A DNA stretch of 63,527 bases, filler included, from Choristocarpus tenellus KU-1152 (taxonomy: Eukaryota > Protista > Phaeophyceae), in NCBI GenBank assembly GCA_964200185.2. It is 10 parts of 10 records of this genome, joined end to end, with 100 filler letters (N's around TTAATTAATTAA, not from the genome) between each part and the next. Parts side by side here need not be neighbours in the genome. Positions count along the whole stretch, not along the records: positions 59,573 to 63,527 come from CAXNAD020016949.1; 9 more parts are not named here. The stretch is one strand, 5' to 3'. The position numbers and the translations under genes are program-made. How positions within the stretch are numbered: the first letter of the stretch is position 1; every line of letters starts with the position of its first letter. The notes under the pieces were generated by a model. The model did no database searches. It was not told where the DNA came from and saw nothing but the letters and a program-made list of their open reading frames with translations. Of this stretch, positions 63,426 through 63,527 are shown one piece after another.

Positions 63426-63527
63426 GCTCAAACAGAAAACTGAAAAAGGGCGTAACCCCCCCCCCCCCCCCCCCCCCCCCGCGCGCCGGCCCCCACCGCA
63501 ACACCCCCCCCCCCCCCCCCCCCTTCC

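Noticed and set aside
1-63527. rRNA, tRNA or prokaryotic operon/defence systems
   Set aside because: None recognised. All identifiable genes have spliceosomal-type introns.

Overview
Eukaryotic nuclear DNA, not a contiguous locus: ten contigs are joined by artificial N44-TTAATTAATTAA-N44 linkers. GT-AG intron-rich genes, a plastid-type DapB and TTAGGG repeats suggest a photosynthetic stramenopile, probably a brown alga (inference). Genes reconstructed by hand: a 3'-truncated MnmM/YtqB-family methyltransferase with a long N-terminal extension; a divergent 10-exon, ~2,290-aa coiled-coil/low-complexity protein; a CELF/Bruno 3-RRM protein; a DnaJ last exon; partial DapB; a polytopic membrane protein; a tubby-like protein; an intron-containing Sola-like transposase pseudogene; and some unassigned exons. 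Non-coding elements include two dispersed repeat families (one a TA-flanked MITE), a 30-bp hairpin and several minisatellites. The standout is roughly 50 short interstitial (TTAGGG)n tracts in both orientations in contig 1, plus several in contig 10. Comparing paralogous MITE copies inside the window shows such tracts inserted into, or replacing, ordinary sequence, and one tract forms a splice donor. This points to a telomere-repeat 'patching' process acting on internal DNA.
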